From assembly GCA_038087875.1 (NCBI GenBank), contig CM075990.1, positions 11,472,001 to 11,536,000 on the forward strand: a stretch of 64,000 bases of DNA. The letters are read 5' to 3'. A program made the translations under genes and the position numbers. Of the stretch, positions 12,839 to 25,645 are shown piece by piece. Every line of letters begins with the position of its first letter. Position 1 is the stretch's first letter. The stretch is from Malacoraja senta. Lineage: Eukaryota. Under the pieces are notes generated by a model. The model did not search any database. It was not told the DNA's origin and saw only the letters and a program-made list of their open reading frames with translations.

Positions 12839-12935
12839 ACAACTTGCTCTATTTGAACTTATTTGATTGTGCACGCCAGGTTGATTGCATTCGTCGAAAC
12901 AGGGTGGACCCATGAAGGTTGCAATCTCCCATCCC
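12839..12935 (-). mobile_element. Short retroposon (Ingi/Vingi-like non-autonomous), 3'-truncated copy
   Basis: Near-identical to 52844-52937 in reverse complement. Confidence 0.7.
12883..12935 (-). ncRNA. Minimal HDV-like ribozyme (degenerate copy)
   Basis: Minus strand reads GGGATGG-GA-GATTGCA-ACC-TTCATG-GGT-CCACCCT-G-TTTCGA-CGAA-TGCAATC, i.e. P1/P2/P3/L3/J4-2 nested double-pseudoknot order with a G1-U wobble. Confidence 0.75.
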
Positions 12936-13616
12936 ATTCATTCCTTCCTTCCTTCCTTCATTCCTTCATTCCTTCATGATACGTGAATCCAAGTTAAATG
13001 TGGGTGATTGGTGGCCAGTACATTGCATCAAACAGCTCTCACCAGAAGTACTCATGTCGTTGAACCTGACAGCTCATACAGCCGCCCACCTTCTCAAAGG
13101 CATCAAGACATGACCATGAAGCACTGGCCTTGCCAGCAATGCCCGCGTATTGAGAACAGATTAAATCACCTCTGATCACTGACTGCGGAGGGCTCGTAGG
13201 CCCCGACCACGGGAGAACAAAGAGTAAGATGACTGAACTTCATTGTATAGGGTATTGTTACCTCTTATTTTTTATCATTTAGTTCAATGGTGAGAATGGA
13301 ACGAGTTACATTATTTATTAAACATTATCAAGCGGGCTTAAATTAAATTGGATAATTCTGCTATTAAAAATTAACCAGATCTTTAACCACAAGTATTAAA
13401 ATACCTCCTACAATGAAAATACTTTGCTTTGATTTGACACTTACCTATTGATGCTTTATGCTAAGATGATGCCAGATTGATTTCACTGTCTTTGCAATGT
13501 ATCTGTCTGTGGTGGGAGTGAGAGTAAGAACCTGAGTAGACAAAATTGCTGGAGACAATCAGCGGGTGAGGTAGCATTGATGGAGAGAAGGAAATAGGCG
13601 ACTATGGAGAGAAGGA

Positions 13617-13967
13617 AACATCGCCCAGCTCGGTCTGTGGACTTCAGGGCCGCGGTAAGAAGTGGCCGATTCGGAAACTGAGTGTGTTCTTCCGTTCCAA
13701 TGTCGGAGTTCCGATCATCCCGGCGAGAGGGCCTGAACATCGGGCAGGACTGCGGAGGGCTCATAGGCCCCGACCACGGGTGAACAAAGAGGAAGATGAC
13801 TGAACTATATTGTCTTCTCACAGTGGGAAACGTTGATTCCGCTGTGTGGGGACGTTCATGTTAAATTCTATCGTGTATTGTGTTCTTATTCGTATGGCTG
13901 TATGGTAACTCATATCTCACTGCACCAGTTGGTGCCTGTGGCAATAAATGTAACGAACTTGAACTTG
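13617..13967 (+). mobile_element. GC-rich non-autonomous element with Rex1-like tail
   Basis: Similar to the 3' part of 58734-59603; partial copy at 13180-13245; (AACTTG)n tail. Confidence 0.6.
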
Positions 13968-15419
13968 ATCCCGACTACAGGTGCTGTCTGTATGGAGTTT
14001 GCACGTTCTCCCCGTAACCTGCGTGGGTTTTCTCAGAGATCTTCGGTTTCCTCCCACACTCCAAAGACGTACAGGTTTGTGGGTTGATTGGCTTGGTATA
14101 AATGTAAAATTGGCCCTAGTGTGTGTAGGGTAGTTTTAATGTGCGGGGATCCCGTAGTCAGGATCGAACCTGGGTCTACGGCTCTGTAAGGCAATAGTTC
14201 TACCGCTGCGCCACCGTGCCGCCATCTTAGCATCATGTTCGGCTTGGGCATTGTGGAATGAAGAGCCTGTTTCTGTTCTGCGCTGTTCTATGTTATCTAC
14301 GTTCCAATAGATGATGAAAGTCCTGGGTGTACTTATATTCTTTCACAGACCACAACACATTGGTGCAATGTCTTTCACATGCTGACTTTTCCTGTAATAA
14401 AATCAGAGAATGCTGCAAAACTCAGCACATCAGGCAGCAAATGGGAAAAGATAAAGAGTCAACATTTCAAACTGTAATCAATGGTCAGAACTCTCTTTCC
14501 CTATTCTGGTGAAGAGGCACAGTCTAGTAACATTGGTTATTTTTCTTCCAAATGATGCTGGCTGGCCTGTTGAGTTCTACCGACACTTTCTGTGATTATT
14601 TCTGATTTCCAGTATCTGTAGTTTTATTGATTTCCTGTTTTATTTGTATGTTCCATTTGAACATGTTGTTGTGGCTTGCAAACTATGGGAATGATAGGAT
14701 GATTGAGGGCAGACAGTGGCGCAGGTGGCAGAGTCGCTGCTTCACAGTGCCAGAGACCCGGGTTCGATCCTGACGTCGGACGCTGTATGTGTGGAGTTTG
14801 CATGTTCTCCCTGTGACCACGTGGGTTTCCTCCAGATGCTCTGGACTCCTTCCATATCCCAAAAGACCCGTTGGTCTCTGTAAATTGTCCCCAGTGTGTA
14901 GGGAGTGAATGTGAAAGTGGGATAACATAGAACTTGTATCAAGCAGTTATCGATAGTTGGCATGGACTCGGTAAAGAGCCTGTTTCAATGAATCAATCAA
15001 AAAATGATTGGGCTCCTGTGCTGTTTAAGAAAATACTGCTGGAGAAATCGAAGGTAGACATAAAATGCTGGAGAAACTCAGCGGGTGAGGCAGCATCTAT
15101 GGAGAGAAGAAATAGACAATATTTCGAGTTGAGACCCTTCTCTCCATAGATGCTGCCTCATCCGCTGAGTTTCTCCAGCATTTCTTGTCTTCCTTCGGCC
15201 TTCTATGCTGTATCGGTCTGTGATTTTAGAATGCATGCACAAAACACAAGATGGTTCTACACAATGTAGAGAGACACAAAATGCAAGGCCTTACTTCCAT
15301 ATCTGATTATTACCCAGCTAATGAACACAAAGGGATCTCAGTTTAAAACTTTTGTAAACAAAAAGTAGTGGTGGAGAGAATGAGAAAGAGAGAGGGGGAG
15401 GGAGGGGGAGAGGGAGAGG

Positions 15420-15424
15420 GTAAT

Positions 15425-15480
<56 letters not shown>

Positions 15481-15525
15481 ACATACACACACACATATAT
15501 ATATACATATATGTACATATATATA

Positions 15526-15556
<31 letters not shown>

Positions 15557-15622
15557 AATACACATTTGTATGTATATATATATGTTTGCATGTATGTATG
15601 TATATATATGTGTGTAGGTATG

Positions 15623-15654
<32 letters not shown>

Positions 15655-15662
15655 TAGGTATG

Positions 15663-15718
<56 letters not shown>

Positions 15719-15747
15719 AGTGCGTGTGCGTGTGCGTGTGCGTGTGC

Positions 15748-15780
<33 letters not shown>

Positions 15781-15781
15781 A
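15420..15781. repeat. Compound microsatellite (GATA)n/(TA)n/(TATG)n/(TG)n/(GTGCGT)n
   Basis: Directly visible. Confidence 0.97.
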
Positions 15782-16544
15782 TGGAGAGATATGGATTACA
15801 TGCAGGCAGAGGAAGTTATTTTAATTTGCATCATGTTTGGCACAGACATAGTGGGCCGAAGGGTGACGTGACTGATTCGGGTTGAAGGCGGGACTAGATA
15901 GTTCAGAGTGTCTCCATTACATTTTGGATTGCAATTGAAGAGATAGAGCTGTACTGGTTAATAAAAGTAATGTAGCAGAACAACTGGGCCATTCCCAGAT
16001 TTCCGCAATTCTTTATATATAATTTACAAGGATATTAAAAAGGATTTAATTTTGCTTGGTCAGCTGGTCTGCGTGTGCCTAGGGACCAATTGCATGCTGA
16101 TTCTATTCTGGTGATATTAATAATGAACAAGTTATGGAATTTGGCGAAAATTCTTCTGGCCATTAATTTAACTCAGCCCTTGATTAAGATGATGAACAAA
16201 AATAAAATCATGCAAAAGCATTAATAATTCATGCCGTGCAGCACAATTTCTATCCGATGGTGTTGTAAAACGACAGAGTTTCCCATCACTGGTTGCAGTA
16301 GCACAAGCTGATGTTCAGACGCTCAGTGTATGGACTGAGGAGTAATAACTGGTGGCATGGAAAGATTATTTCGGGAGCTAGAAATGGCAAGGGAGTCAAG
16401 GGATATGGGGAGAAGGCAGGAACGGGGTACTGATTGTGGATGATCAGCCATGAATGGCGGTGCTGGCTCGAAGGGCCGAATGGCCTACTCTTGCGCCTAT
16501 TGTCTATTGTCCATTGTCGATTGGCACGGGGTACAAATGATCTT

Positions 16545-16841
16545 TAGCTTAGTTTAGAGATACAGCACGGAAACAGGCCCTTCGGCCCACCGAGTCCGCA
16601 CCGACCAGCGATCCCCACACATTAACACTACCCTACACACAGTAAGATAAATTTACACTTATATCAAGTATACAAACCCAAGCCAATTAACCTACAAACC
16701 TGTACGTCTTTGGAGTGTGGGAGGAAACTGAAGATCTCAGAGAAAACCCATACAAACTCCGTACAGACAGCACCCGTGGTCAGGATTGAACCTGGGTCTC
16801 TGGCGCAGCAAGCATAGTAAAGCCGTGCCACCGTGCCGCCC
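16545..16841 (-). mobile_element. HE1/V-SINE-like SINE
   Basis: Same consensus as the other copies, reverse complement. Confidence 0.85.
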
Positions 16842-17825
16842 CTTCTTCTTGGAGCTTACACAAAATGATAACTCCAAATGCAAGAACACAACTTATTGCT
16901 TTTTAGTGGGCGGCACAGTGGAGCAACGGTACAGTTGCTGCCTTACAACACCAGAGACGTGGGTTCAATCCTGACCACAGGTGCTGCCTGTACGGAGTTT
17001 GCACGTTCTCCCTGGGTTTTCCCCGGGCTTTCCAGTTTCCTCCCGCATTCCAAAACATCCATTTCAGGTCGGATCCCTTCTAAAGATCTAAACATCACCT
17101 ACCCATGTTCTCCAGAAATGCTGCCTGACCTGCTGAGTCACTCCAGCATTTTGTGTCCTATTGTGTAGGCCAGCATTTGCAGTTCCTTGTTTCCACAATA
17201 TTGCCAGGATTGTGCGTCTGTAAATTCTAAATAGGAGGTCTTCAATCACTGTTTAAATCTATGAAGTATTCACTGTCATTATCAATGGTGGCACAACGGT
17301 AAAGGTTGTGCCTTACAGCTCCAGGTTTGATCCTGACTACGGGTGTTTGTCTGTCTGGAGTTTGTGTTCTCCCCGTGACCTGCGTGGGTTTTCTCTGGGA
17401 GCTCTGGTTTCCTCCCACACTCCATCGTACATTGGCTTGGTGTAAATGTCAATTGCGTGTAGGATAGTGTTGGCGTGCGGAGATCGCTGGTCGGCACAAA
17501 CTCAGTGGGTCGAAGGGCCTGTCTCCGTGCGGTATCTCTAAGCTAAACTTAAACAGAACGGCGTCAGGATCTGGTCCTGAGAACTGCTCATAACCAGTGA
17601 AATGAACAAAAGCAGTGTGTGGGAGAGGATCAGAGCCATGACAAGAGAGGGTGCAGGTGCAGGAAGGGGGGCATCAGCCAGCCTCTCTGACCCAGTGAGC
17701 GAGTCTGATCCGCGCTCCCAGCTCTGCTCGGCTCCAACCAGCCCCCCAATTGGTACAGCTCAGGTAGTGAGGGGAGGGGTGGAGAGAAGACATGTGGAAA
17801 TGCCACATCCCCACCTGGCAGAAGG

Positions 17826-18110
17826 GGGTGGCACGGTGGCGTAGCAGTAAAGTTGCTGCCTCACAGCGCCAAAGACCCGGGTTCGATCCTGACTACGGGT
17901 GCTCTCTCAACGGAGTTTGCACGTCCACCCTGTAATTGCATGGGTTTGCTCCGGATGCACCGGTTTCCTCCCACACTCCAAAGACATGTGGGCTTGTAAG
18001 TTAATTAGCTTCTGAACATTGTTACTAGTGTGTAGGATATTACAGGTGCTCATCAGTCAACACAATCTTGGTGGACCTAAGGGCCTGTTTCCATTCTCTA
18101 TTTCTAAAAA
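17826..18110 (+). mobile_element. HE1/V-SINE-like SINE
   Basis: GGCACGGTGGCGTAGCAGTAAAG head and GGTTCGATCC B-box. Confidence 0.85.
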
Positions 18111-18665
18111 AAAAAGATGCCTGCAGCTGTCTGTAAATCCTTCCCCAACCATCCCATTGGTCTCCCAAATGCTCGCTTGTATCTACTGTGCATCCATAAA
18201 TAAGGCATTCACAACTTGAGGAGAATCTGTACTTGGGATATAGCTGGAGCCATGTGCAGTTCGGATCAATAGTTGCAGAAAGAAACTGAGAGGAGGATTA
18301 CGGAAAAAAAGAGTTGCAAGGCCAGAAGACCTTAATCATGAAGAAAGATTGGTTCGGCTGCAGGTTGCAGGTTGGTTCCCGTGAAACACAAGAGGCTGAG
18401 GTGTATTTTAATTGAGACAAACTACATTGAGAGTGAGCAGGAAGGAGTTATCTCCCTTCACACAACGGCTGAGATTTAAGATAATTTAGGAAAAGCTTTT
18501 ACATCTAAATGAAGGTGGAATCTGAAGCACACTATCTGAAAGGGGAGTGGAGGCTAAAGATATCTCTCCCAAACGTACTCCGCCCCTCAACATAACGCTG
18601 CCATTTAATAAAGTCCTGTTGTGACCTCAACTCTGCATACCTGCCTATCATTGGTAACAGGATAA

Positions 18666-18877
18666 AGGGCCTGTCCCACTTTCACGACCTAATTCACGAC
18701 CTTTGCCGAGTTTGCCCTTGACTCGTACTCGCAGCATGGACGTCACGAGGTCGTAAGAGGTCGTAGGTAGGTCGTGATGCTAGCCGTAGGTACTCGTGGC
18801 ATCAAGTAGGTCGGGGCTTTTTTTCAACACGATGTAAAAAAGGTTGTGAATTAGGTGGTGAATGTGGGATAGGTCCT
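18666..18877. mobile_element. Harbinger-like MITE
   Basis: TIRs AGGGCCTGTCCCAC / GTGGGATAGGTCCT; TAA TSD at 18663-18665 and 18878-18880. Confidence 0.82.
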
Positions 18878-20472
18878 TAAGAAGGAACTACAGACAAAAT
18901 GTGTAGGAAAGAAATGCAGGTGTTGGTTTAAACTGAACATAGACACAAAATGCTGGTGTGATTCAGCGGGACAGGAAGCATCTCTGGAGAGAAGGAATAG
19001 GTGACGTTTTGGGTCGAGACTGTGTCTGAGGAAAAGATTTCTCTTTCAAGAGAGAGTTCGATATAGCTCTTAGGGCTAACGGAATCGAGGGATATGGGGA
19101 GAAAGCAGGAACGGGGTACTGATTTTGGATGATCACCCATAATCATATTGAATAGTGGTGCTGGCTTAAAGGGCTGAATGGCCTACTCCTGCACCTATTT
19201 TCTAAATGCTGGAATGAGCCCTCGAAGTAGAGTGTCTTAACCCATAAGACTGTGGCCCGAACTCAAGGTGGTGAGATTAGGCTAAAGATCTGCTCTGGAG
19301 CTGACACGAGCAAGTTGGGCTGATTGATGTCATTCCGTGCCATTAACAACTCTGATTCAATGAAGTCCGCAGATCCCCTTGAAACAGTGGTCGTAGTTTG
19401 ATCCATCCTCTGCCTCCCACTGCCCAAGTAAGCAGGCTCAGATCTCCCTCTCCTCTGCACCACCGTTTGAACCTCTCATGCAAAGTTTCTTTCTGTTCCA
19501 GTTTAAACAGAATAAGAAGTAGAATCTACAATCCAAGATCAGAGTATTTGGAGGCCAATTTCACCGCAGGGAATCTTGGCATCGAAGAGCTCTTGAGAGC
19601 CTTGAAGTGACTCACTAACCTAGTTGTTTCTTCCTGATTAGAAAACGGATCTCACTTCATTAAAAAAAAATCAGAGCCACCAGGTCATTTGATTGCACAG
19701 CTTTGAATGAAATGTTGACTACATTTAACCACCTTTGTAATTGTTTACTCTTGTTCCTGCTTTATCAAACCAGTCCTGTCAGGATACTTTCTACCCATGA
19801 TATTTTCACATGCATATTTTATTTTTGCTGACTAAAATCTTTTCCTCTTTGCTGCAAATCAATCTCTGATTATTTGTAACAAGCAACTTCATAAAATATG
19901 CATCAAGGTTTATGATCAAGTTAACACCAAAAATCTCAATTTCTCATTTATTAAACCCTAAGGCATTTTTCCCTCTCATTTTATCGATAAATATTAATGC
20001 TCTTCTTTGACTCCCAATAGTGTTATTTTGAAGTGCACCAACATTAACACTAATTGCACTTTCTTTTCTGTGTGAAGATTTAGCCCTGACCTTCTTTCCC
20101 TTCCCCTCTCTCTCTCCTTCTTTTATTCAAATCTCTTCTGCCCACCTACCCCCCTCCCCCCATCCATAATAACCCTCTCTCAGAGTCTGCAGATACCCAA
20201 TTAAAAGTACATAAATATTTCTCTTCGAAAAGAAAATCTTGGAAGTTAACAACCCCTGGGTAAAATGACAATTTGTGAGTTGATGTCCTTTTGAGTCTGC
20301 TTGCATTGGTCTTTAGATGGGAAGGTAATGGTGTCATTCTGACATGCTGAATGAGCATAGTGTTAAAGAACAGATACAAGAATATGCATTTATGCAGTAA
20401 GTATCTTGAACCCAGGATGGTCCAAAGTTCCTTACAGCAATTGAGATGGTTTAAAAAAATGTTGTGAACAAT

Positions 20473-20794
20473 GGGCGGCACGGTAGTGCAGCAGTAGAGT
20501 TGCTGCTTTACAGCGCTTACAGCGTCGGAGACCCAGGTTCGATCCTGACTATGGGTGCTGTCTGTACGGAGTTTGTACATTCTCCCTGTGACCTGCATGG
20601 GTTTTCTCCGAGGTCCTCGATTTCCTCCCGCACTCCAAAGATGTACAGGTTTGTAGGTTAATTGGCTTGGTAAATGTAAATTGTCCCTAGTGTGGGTAGG
20701 ATAGTGTTAATGTGCGGGGATCACTGGTCGGCGCGAACTCGGTGGGCCGAAGGGCCTGTTTCCGTGCTGCATCTCTAAACCTAACTAAACTAAA
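20473..20794 (+). mobile_element. HE1/V-SINE-like SINE
   Basis: Full head, V-domain, HER1 tail and (CTAAA)n. Confidence 0.9.
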
Positions 20795-21112
20795 CAGTTT
20801 ATGGTGTGTGGACAGTCTGCATCTCAATTACAAATTAAACTATATCTATCAACAATTTTTAATCCGTCAATATATCCAGCATTGACGACACTTTAACGTA
20901 ATTAAATAACTGAACTCTAAGTCTAATCAAATAAATGCTCTTATTCATTCCTTTACGTTAGCCATTAGTGAAGCACATTTAATAAATATACGTGTCACAT
21001 CAGAAGTGCCAATACACTGTAATGCTGTGTATCGTCACAGAAAAAGCATTGATTGTCTCATCAGAATGTAAGAAAATCATTTTTTTTCACAGCTAGATCC
21101 TACAGTAATTTT

Positions 21113-21429
21113 ACTTTAGATATACAGTGTAGAAACAGGCCCATCGGCCCACCGAGTCCACACCGACCAGTGATCCTCGCACATTAACACTATCCTACAC
21201 GCACAAGGAACAACTTACATTATTTTATACCAAGCCAATTAACCTACAAACCTGTACATCTTTGTGGTGTGGGAAAAAAACCAAAGAGCTCGGAGAAAAC
21301 CCACGCGGTCACGGGGAGAACGTACAAACTCCATACAGACAGCACACATGGTCAGGATCGAACCCGGGTCTCTGGCGCTGCATGCGCTGTAAGGCAGCAA
21401 CTCTACCGCTGCGCCACCGTGGCCGCCCC
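21113..21429 (-). mobile_element. HE1/V-SINE-like SINE
   Basis: Full-length reverse-complement copy. Confidence 0.9.
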
Positions 21430-21974
21430 TAATGTGATAATGAAATAATGAGATGTGCGATATTAACCAATTATTGACCAGGTTACCAGGGATATTCCTC
21501 CAGCTCCCCTTCAGAATTCTGCGGTGGAATCTTTCACATCAACCTGAGAGGGGAGATGAAGCCTTGGTTGAACATCGCGTCAAAAAGACAACACTTTTGA
21601 GAAGGTTCAACTCTGCACCAGGTTCAAAGTGGGACCTGAAATATAGCGGTCAACTCTGTCAACCCGGAGATCCCAACACATTATTCATTGGTCCACAAAG
21701 TTGGATCCATGAATTAGCCAGTTGTATCTCTTTTTAACTGCCTCTGATGCTACGATACCCCTTCTCGGGTAAGGAAACCAAAACTGAACAGAAGTCAAAG
21801 AGCAGTCTCACAAACTCCGTGTACAAGTTTAACATCACCTCCCATTTCCTAATCTCCAATTCCTTTGCAATTGAATTGAATTAGACTTTATTAATCCCCT
21901 TATTCAGGGGAAATTCAGATGTCCTTATGAAGGGCAGTATTCCATTTGGTCTTTTAACTTTTAATTTATAAAGT

Positions 21975-22240
21975 GAATCATCCTACCAACAACTAGAGAG
22001 CAGTCCTGAGCTACAATCTACCTCATTGGAGACCCTCGGACTATCTTTGATTGGACTTTACTTCACTTTATCTTGTACTAAACATTATTCACATCATTCC
22101 CTTTATTGTGTATCTGTACACTGCAGGTAGCTTGAATGTAATCATGTATTGTCTTTCCGCTGACTGGTTAGCACGCAACAAAAGCTTTTCACTGTACCTC
22201 AGTACATGTGATCATAAACTCAACTCAACTCACCTCAACT
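21975..22240 (+). mobile_element. Rex1-type 3'-tail repeat
   Basis: TGAATCATCCTACCA...CAAAAGCTTTTCACTGTACCTC with a (CTCAA)n tail. Confidence 0.7.
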
Positions 22241-22503
22241 CAATTATCTGCTGTAATTGCCTGCTAACGTTTTTGTGATTCAAAAATAAAACAAGGTTTT
22301 AAATTGTCTAATGGCAGCTGCAGAATTTAAATTCAGTTAATTCGGTAATCTTGAAAAATGATATCAATAGATCACTGTACAATTATTGTCACCCTGACGT
22401 AGGAAAGATGCCATTAAGCCAGAAAGTTTTACAGGGAGGTAGTTAGCACATGAGGACATAAGTTATAGGAGGAGTTTGGGCAGGCGAGAACATTGTTCCG
22501 TTA

Positions 22504-22672
22504 GAGCCTGTCCCACTTGTGACTCCTGTATGGTCGTGAGTAGTCGCCCAAATAGTCGTACTTTTTCTGGTCACCGCTGGATTTTCAACATGTTGAACAT
22601 TTTCGGCGAGCTGCTGTGACTATGAAGGGTGCCGGCAAGTCGCCGAAAAAATCGTGTAAGTGGGACAGGCCC
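22504..22672. mobile_element. Harbinger-like MITE
   Basis: TIRs GCCTGTCCCACTT / AAGTGGGACAGGC; 3-bp TSD (TTA or TAG depending on the parse); interior shared with 57512-57783. Confidence 0.8.
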
Positions 22673-23369
22673 TTAGTAGAGTGCAGGAGTCTGAGTGGTG
22701 ACCTTAGAGAGATGTATAAAATCATGAATGGCCTAGATAAGCTAGCCGGTGTAGGTTTAGTGTCGGAGGGGAAAACATTTAAAGGAACCTGAGGGGCAAC
22801 ATCTTCACATCGTGAGTGGTGGTACATGGAACAAGCTGCCAGAAAAAGTAGTTGGGGAAGGAACAATAACAAAATACTTGGACGGGTACATGGACAGGTA
22901 ACCTGGTAAAATACATTTGTAGCAATGATATAAGTGTACAATTTTGGTCACCGTGCTGCAGGAAAGATGTCATTAAGCTGGAAAGGGATTTGGGCACGAT
23001 GCAGGCAAATAGGACAAGCTAAGATGGGGGTCAGCATGGACAGGCTGGGCCGAAGGGCCTGTTTCCATGCTGTATGATGCAATTACATTATGACTATGTT
23101 GATCACCATCCTTCATGTGGTGGGGAAGAACTTTCACATGAACAATTGTCAGATTGGGAAGTGTTCAGCAAAGCCCCTGCTTCGAATTTAAAAAAAAGTT
23201 AAACACTGAATTGATTTTTTTACAATAGAATTGGAGGTCAAGAAAACATGATGAATTATTGAGGGATGCAATATAGCCCCAGAGCATGGCCACTCTGCCT
23301 GCTGGTCCCAGAATAGGATATACTATCATCCACTACAACTGTTCCATTCTTTGAATCTCCTTTCCAATT

Positions 23370-23645
23370 GTCAAGTCAAGTCAAGTCAATTTTATTTCAA
23401 TAGCACATTTAAAAACAACTCTCGTTGACCAAAGTGCTTTACATCAGTGTAGGTGCTAACGTGCTACATACAGTGGTACTTAGATCTAACAATACATACA
23501 TAAATACATACATACAGCGCTCCCTCAGAGGACCTCAAGAAACACTTGTGAGTAGAAATAGGTTTTAAGTCGAGACTTAAAGGAGTCGATGGAGGGGGCA
23601 GTTCTGATGAGAAGAGGGATGCTGTTCCACAGTCTAGGTGCTGTA
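23370..23645 (-). mobile_element. L2 LINE 3' fragment
   Basis: (TTGAC)n tail, GTAAAGCACTTTG...GCTATTGAAATAAA L2-type end and APRLWNS-like coding remnant. Confidence 0.7.
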
Positions 23646-23699
23646 AATCTCTCAGCTGCTAACTATTTTAACTCGCCTTCCTATTCCCATGATAAACCT

Positions 23700-24390
23700 C
23701 TGCTCAGGGCCACCTCAGTTGCAAGAGTGAGAAGACACACAAACTGGAGGGGCAGCATCTCATGTTCCACTTGAGTAGTTTACAACCCAGTCAACATTGA
23801 ATTCTCCAATTTTAGGCAACTGACCTACAAGCACTCCCCTTTTTTCTTCCCCCTCTTTTCCCTGAGCCCCACCTGGATGCACACACATTTCTCTCTTTCC
23901 CCTCCGCCCCCCTTGTCCCCTTCCACCTATATTCATTCCTCTGGCTGCATATTTCGTGCCCTTTCGATCCTTAACTCACAGTTTTTGTCTTTTCATCTCT
24001 GGCCTTTGTCTAGCCATCCGTTAATCAAAAAAGCACCCTTACTTGTATCTACCTTAGCTGTTCTGGACTCTTAAAGATAGAGGTGTCAGGGGATATGGGG
24101 AGAAAGCAGGAACGGGGGTACCGATTGGGGATGATCAGCCATGATCACTTTGAATGGCTCGAAGGGCCGAATGGTCTACTCCTGCACCTATTGTCTATTG
24201 TCTGTCCCGTCACCACTTCTCTTCCAGTATTCTCAGCCATCCCCCCACTACAATTCGTCTGAAGAAGTGCCCGACCCGAAACATCACCTATCTATGTTAT
24301 CCCAAGATGCTGTCTGACCCGTTGAGTTACTCCAGCACTTTGTGTCTATTTTTGTAAACCAGCAAGATCAGTAGATCCTTGTGCCTATAA
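23700..24390 (+). mobile_element. Penelope-like element 3' remnant with an embedded CR1 tail
   Basis: Degenerate match to 40180-40490 (C-terminal EEQHLIF/NIDFSNF region plus terminal repeat). Confidence 0.65.
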
Positions 24391-24908
24391 ATCTATCAGG
24401 ATTTCTAATATTCTACACTCTGGGATTTTTCTCTTTACACTACGTGTTGTACTTATGTATGGTTTAACTGCACACATGTATAATTTTGATTTGACTGCCT
24501 AGCACGGAAACAAGGCTTTTCACTGTATCTCAGTTCTCATGACAACAATAAACCAATACCAATAGTAATACCGGAAGATTTATGGTAATTGGATGTACAT
24601 TTTGTGAGGAGTGGGAATATTTGTTCTCAGCTGATATCAATACTGAACGATAAAGCAGTCTTAGCGTATGTAGCAACCCCATATTTCCCATATGGAAACT
24701 TTTGGCTTCAAAAATAGAATATTTTAACAAGTGGGAGCCATTCTCCAAGTGCGTGAAATGCACAAAAAGATGCTGTCTGATCCGCAGAGTTACCCCAGCA
24801 CTTTGTGTCTTTTTTTGTGAATCAGCATCAGCAGGAAAATAAATCTCTCCTTAGTCTAATCGAGAGACAAAAAAATGACCAAAATAAACAATCCTAGAAC
24901 CTGCTTTA

Positions 24909-25645
24909 TGGGCCTGTCCCACTTGGGCGATTTTTCAGCGGGCTGCCGGTGACTGTCATGTTGCTGGCAGTCGCCTGAAAAAACGGCAACTGGAATGGCG
25001 ACTGTCAGAGTGGAACACACACACAAACACATCGCTTCATTCACCAGCCCGTGTGAATTTTTTAGACAGCGCTCCCCCCGCTTGCCCTGTCTAATAAATT
25101 CACACAGTGCAAAGCCACGGTGCAAACAGACACACACCGCGATGAACAGGAAGGTTGGCGCTGTAATTAAGACGGCTAAAGCACAGTGTACGGTAAGTCC
25201 TTTAAAAGAGGGGGAAAGAGGGGGGAGAGGGGGGAGAGGGGGGAGAAGGAGTGGAGACACCTTTTAAGAAGCCAGAGATACACGGCTGTGAAGCTTGGCA
25301 GACATTTAACATTACCGGTCGGTTATCCTTGGTTCTGAAAACTATTGCTTACCTTTTTTTTCCTCGATGATCCAATGAAATTCACCGGTCAGCACCGGCT
25401 ACAACCAACGAGAACCTCCGACCTCCTGGCAACCCATTAGGACCTCCTGGCGACCCACCCACGGCTCGAGAATTCTCACTACTCTCCATGGCGGCTTCAT
25501 TCCATAATGAGGTCGCGACTAGTTCCCAGAATGCGGGAACTCCTCGCGCCCATGAAGGCAACTCCCCGGCAACTACCTGCGAACATGTGGCGACGGCATA
25601 GTCTCCTGCAGTCGCCTAAAAAGTCGCCTAAGTGGGACAGGCCCA
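24909..25645. mobile_element. Harbinger-like non-autonomous DNA transposon
   Basis: TIRs TGGGCCTGTCCCACTTGGGCGATTTTT / AAAAGTCGCCTAAGTGGGACAGGCCCA; TTA TSD on both sides. Confidence 0.85.

Noticed and set aside
19263..19610. Short ORFs or a possible exon in unique DNA
   Set aside because: A plausible acceptor exists near 19501, but the donor is weak and the peptides are unrecognisable.
20473..20560. tRNA genes at SINE heads
   Set aside because: A/B-box-like heads run straight into the V-domain and LINE tail; no complete cloverleaf.
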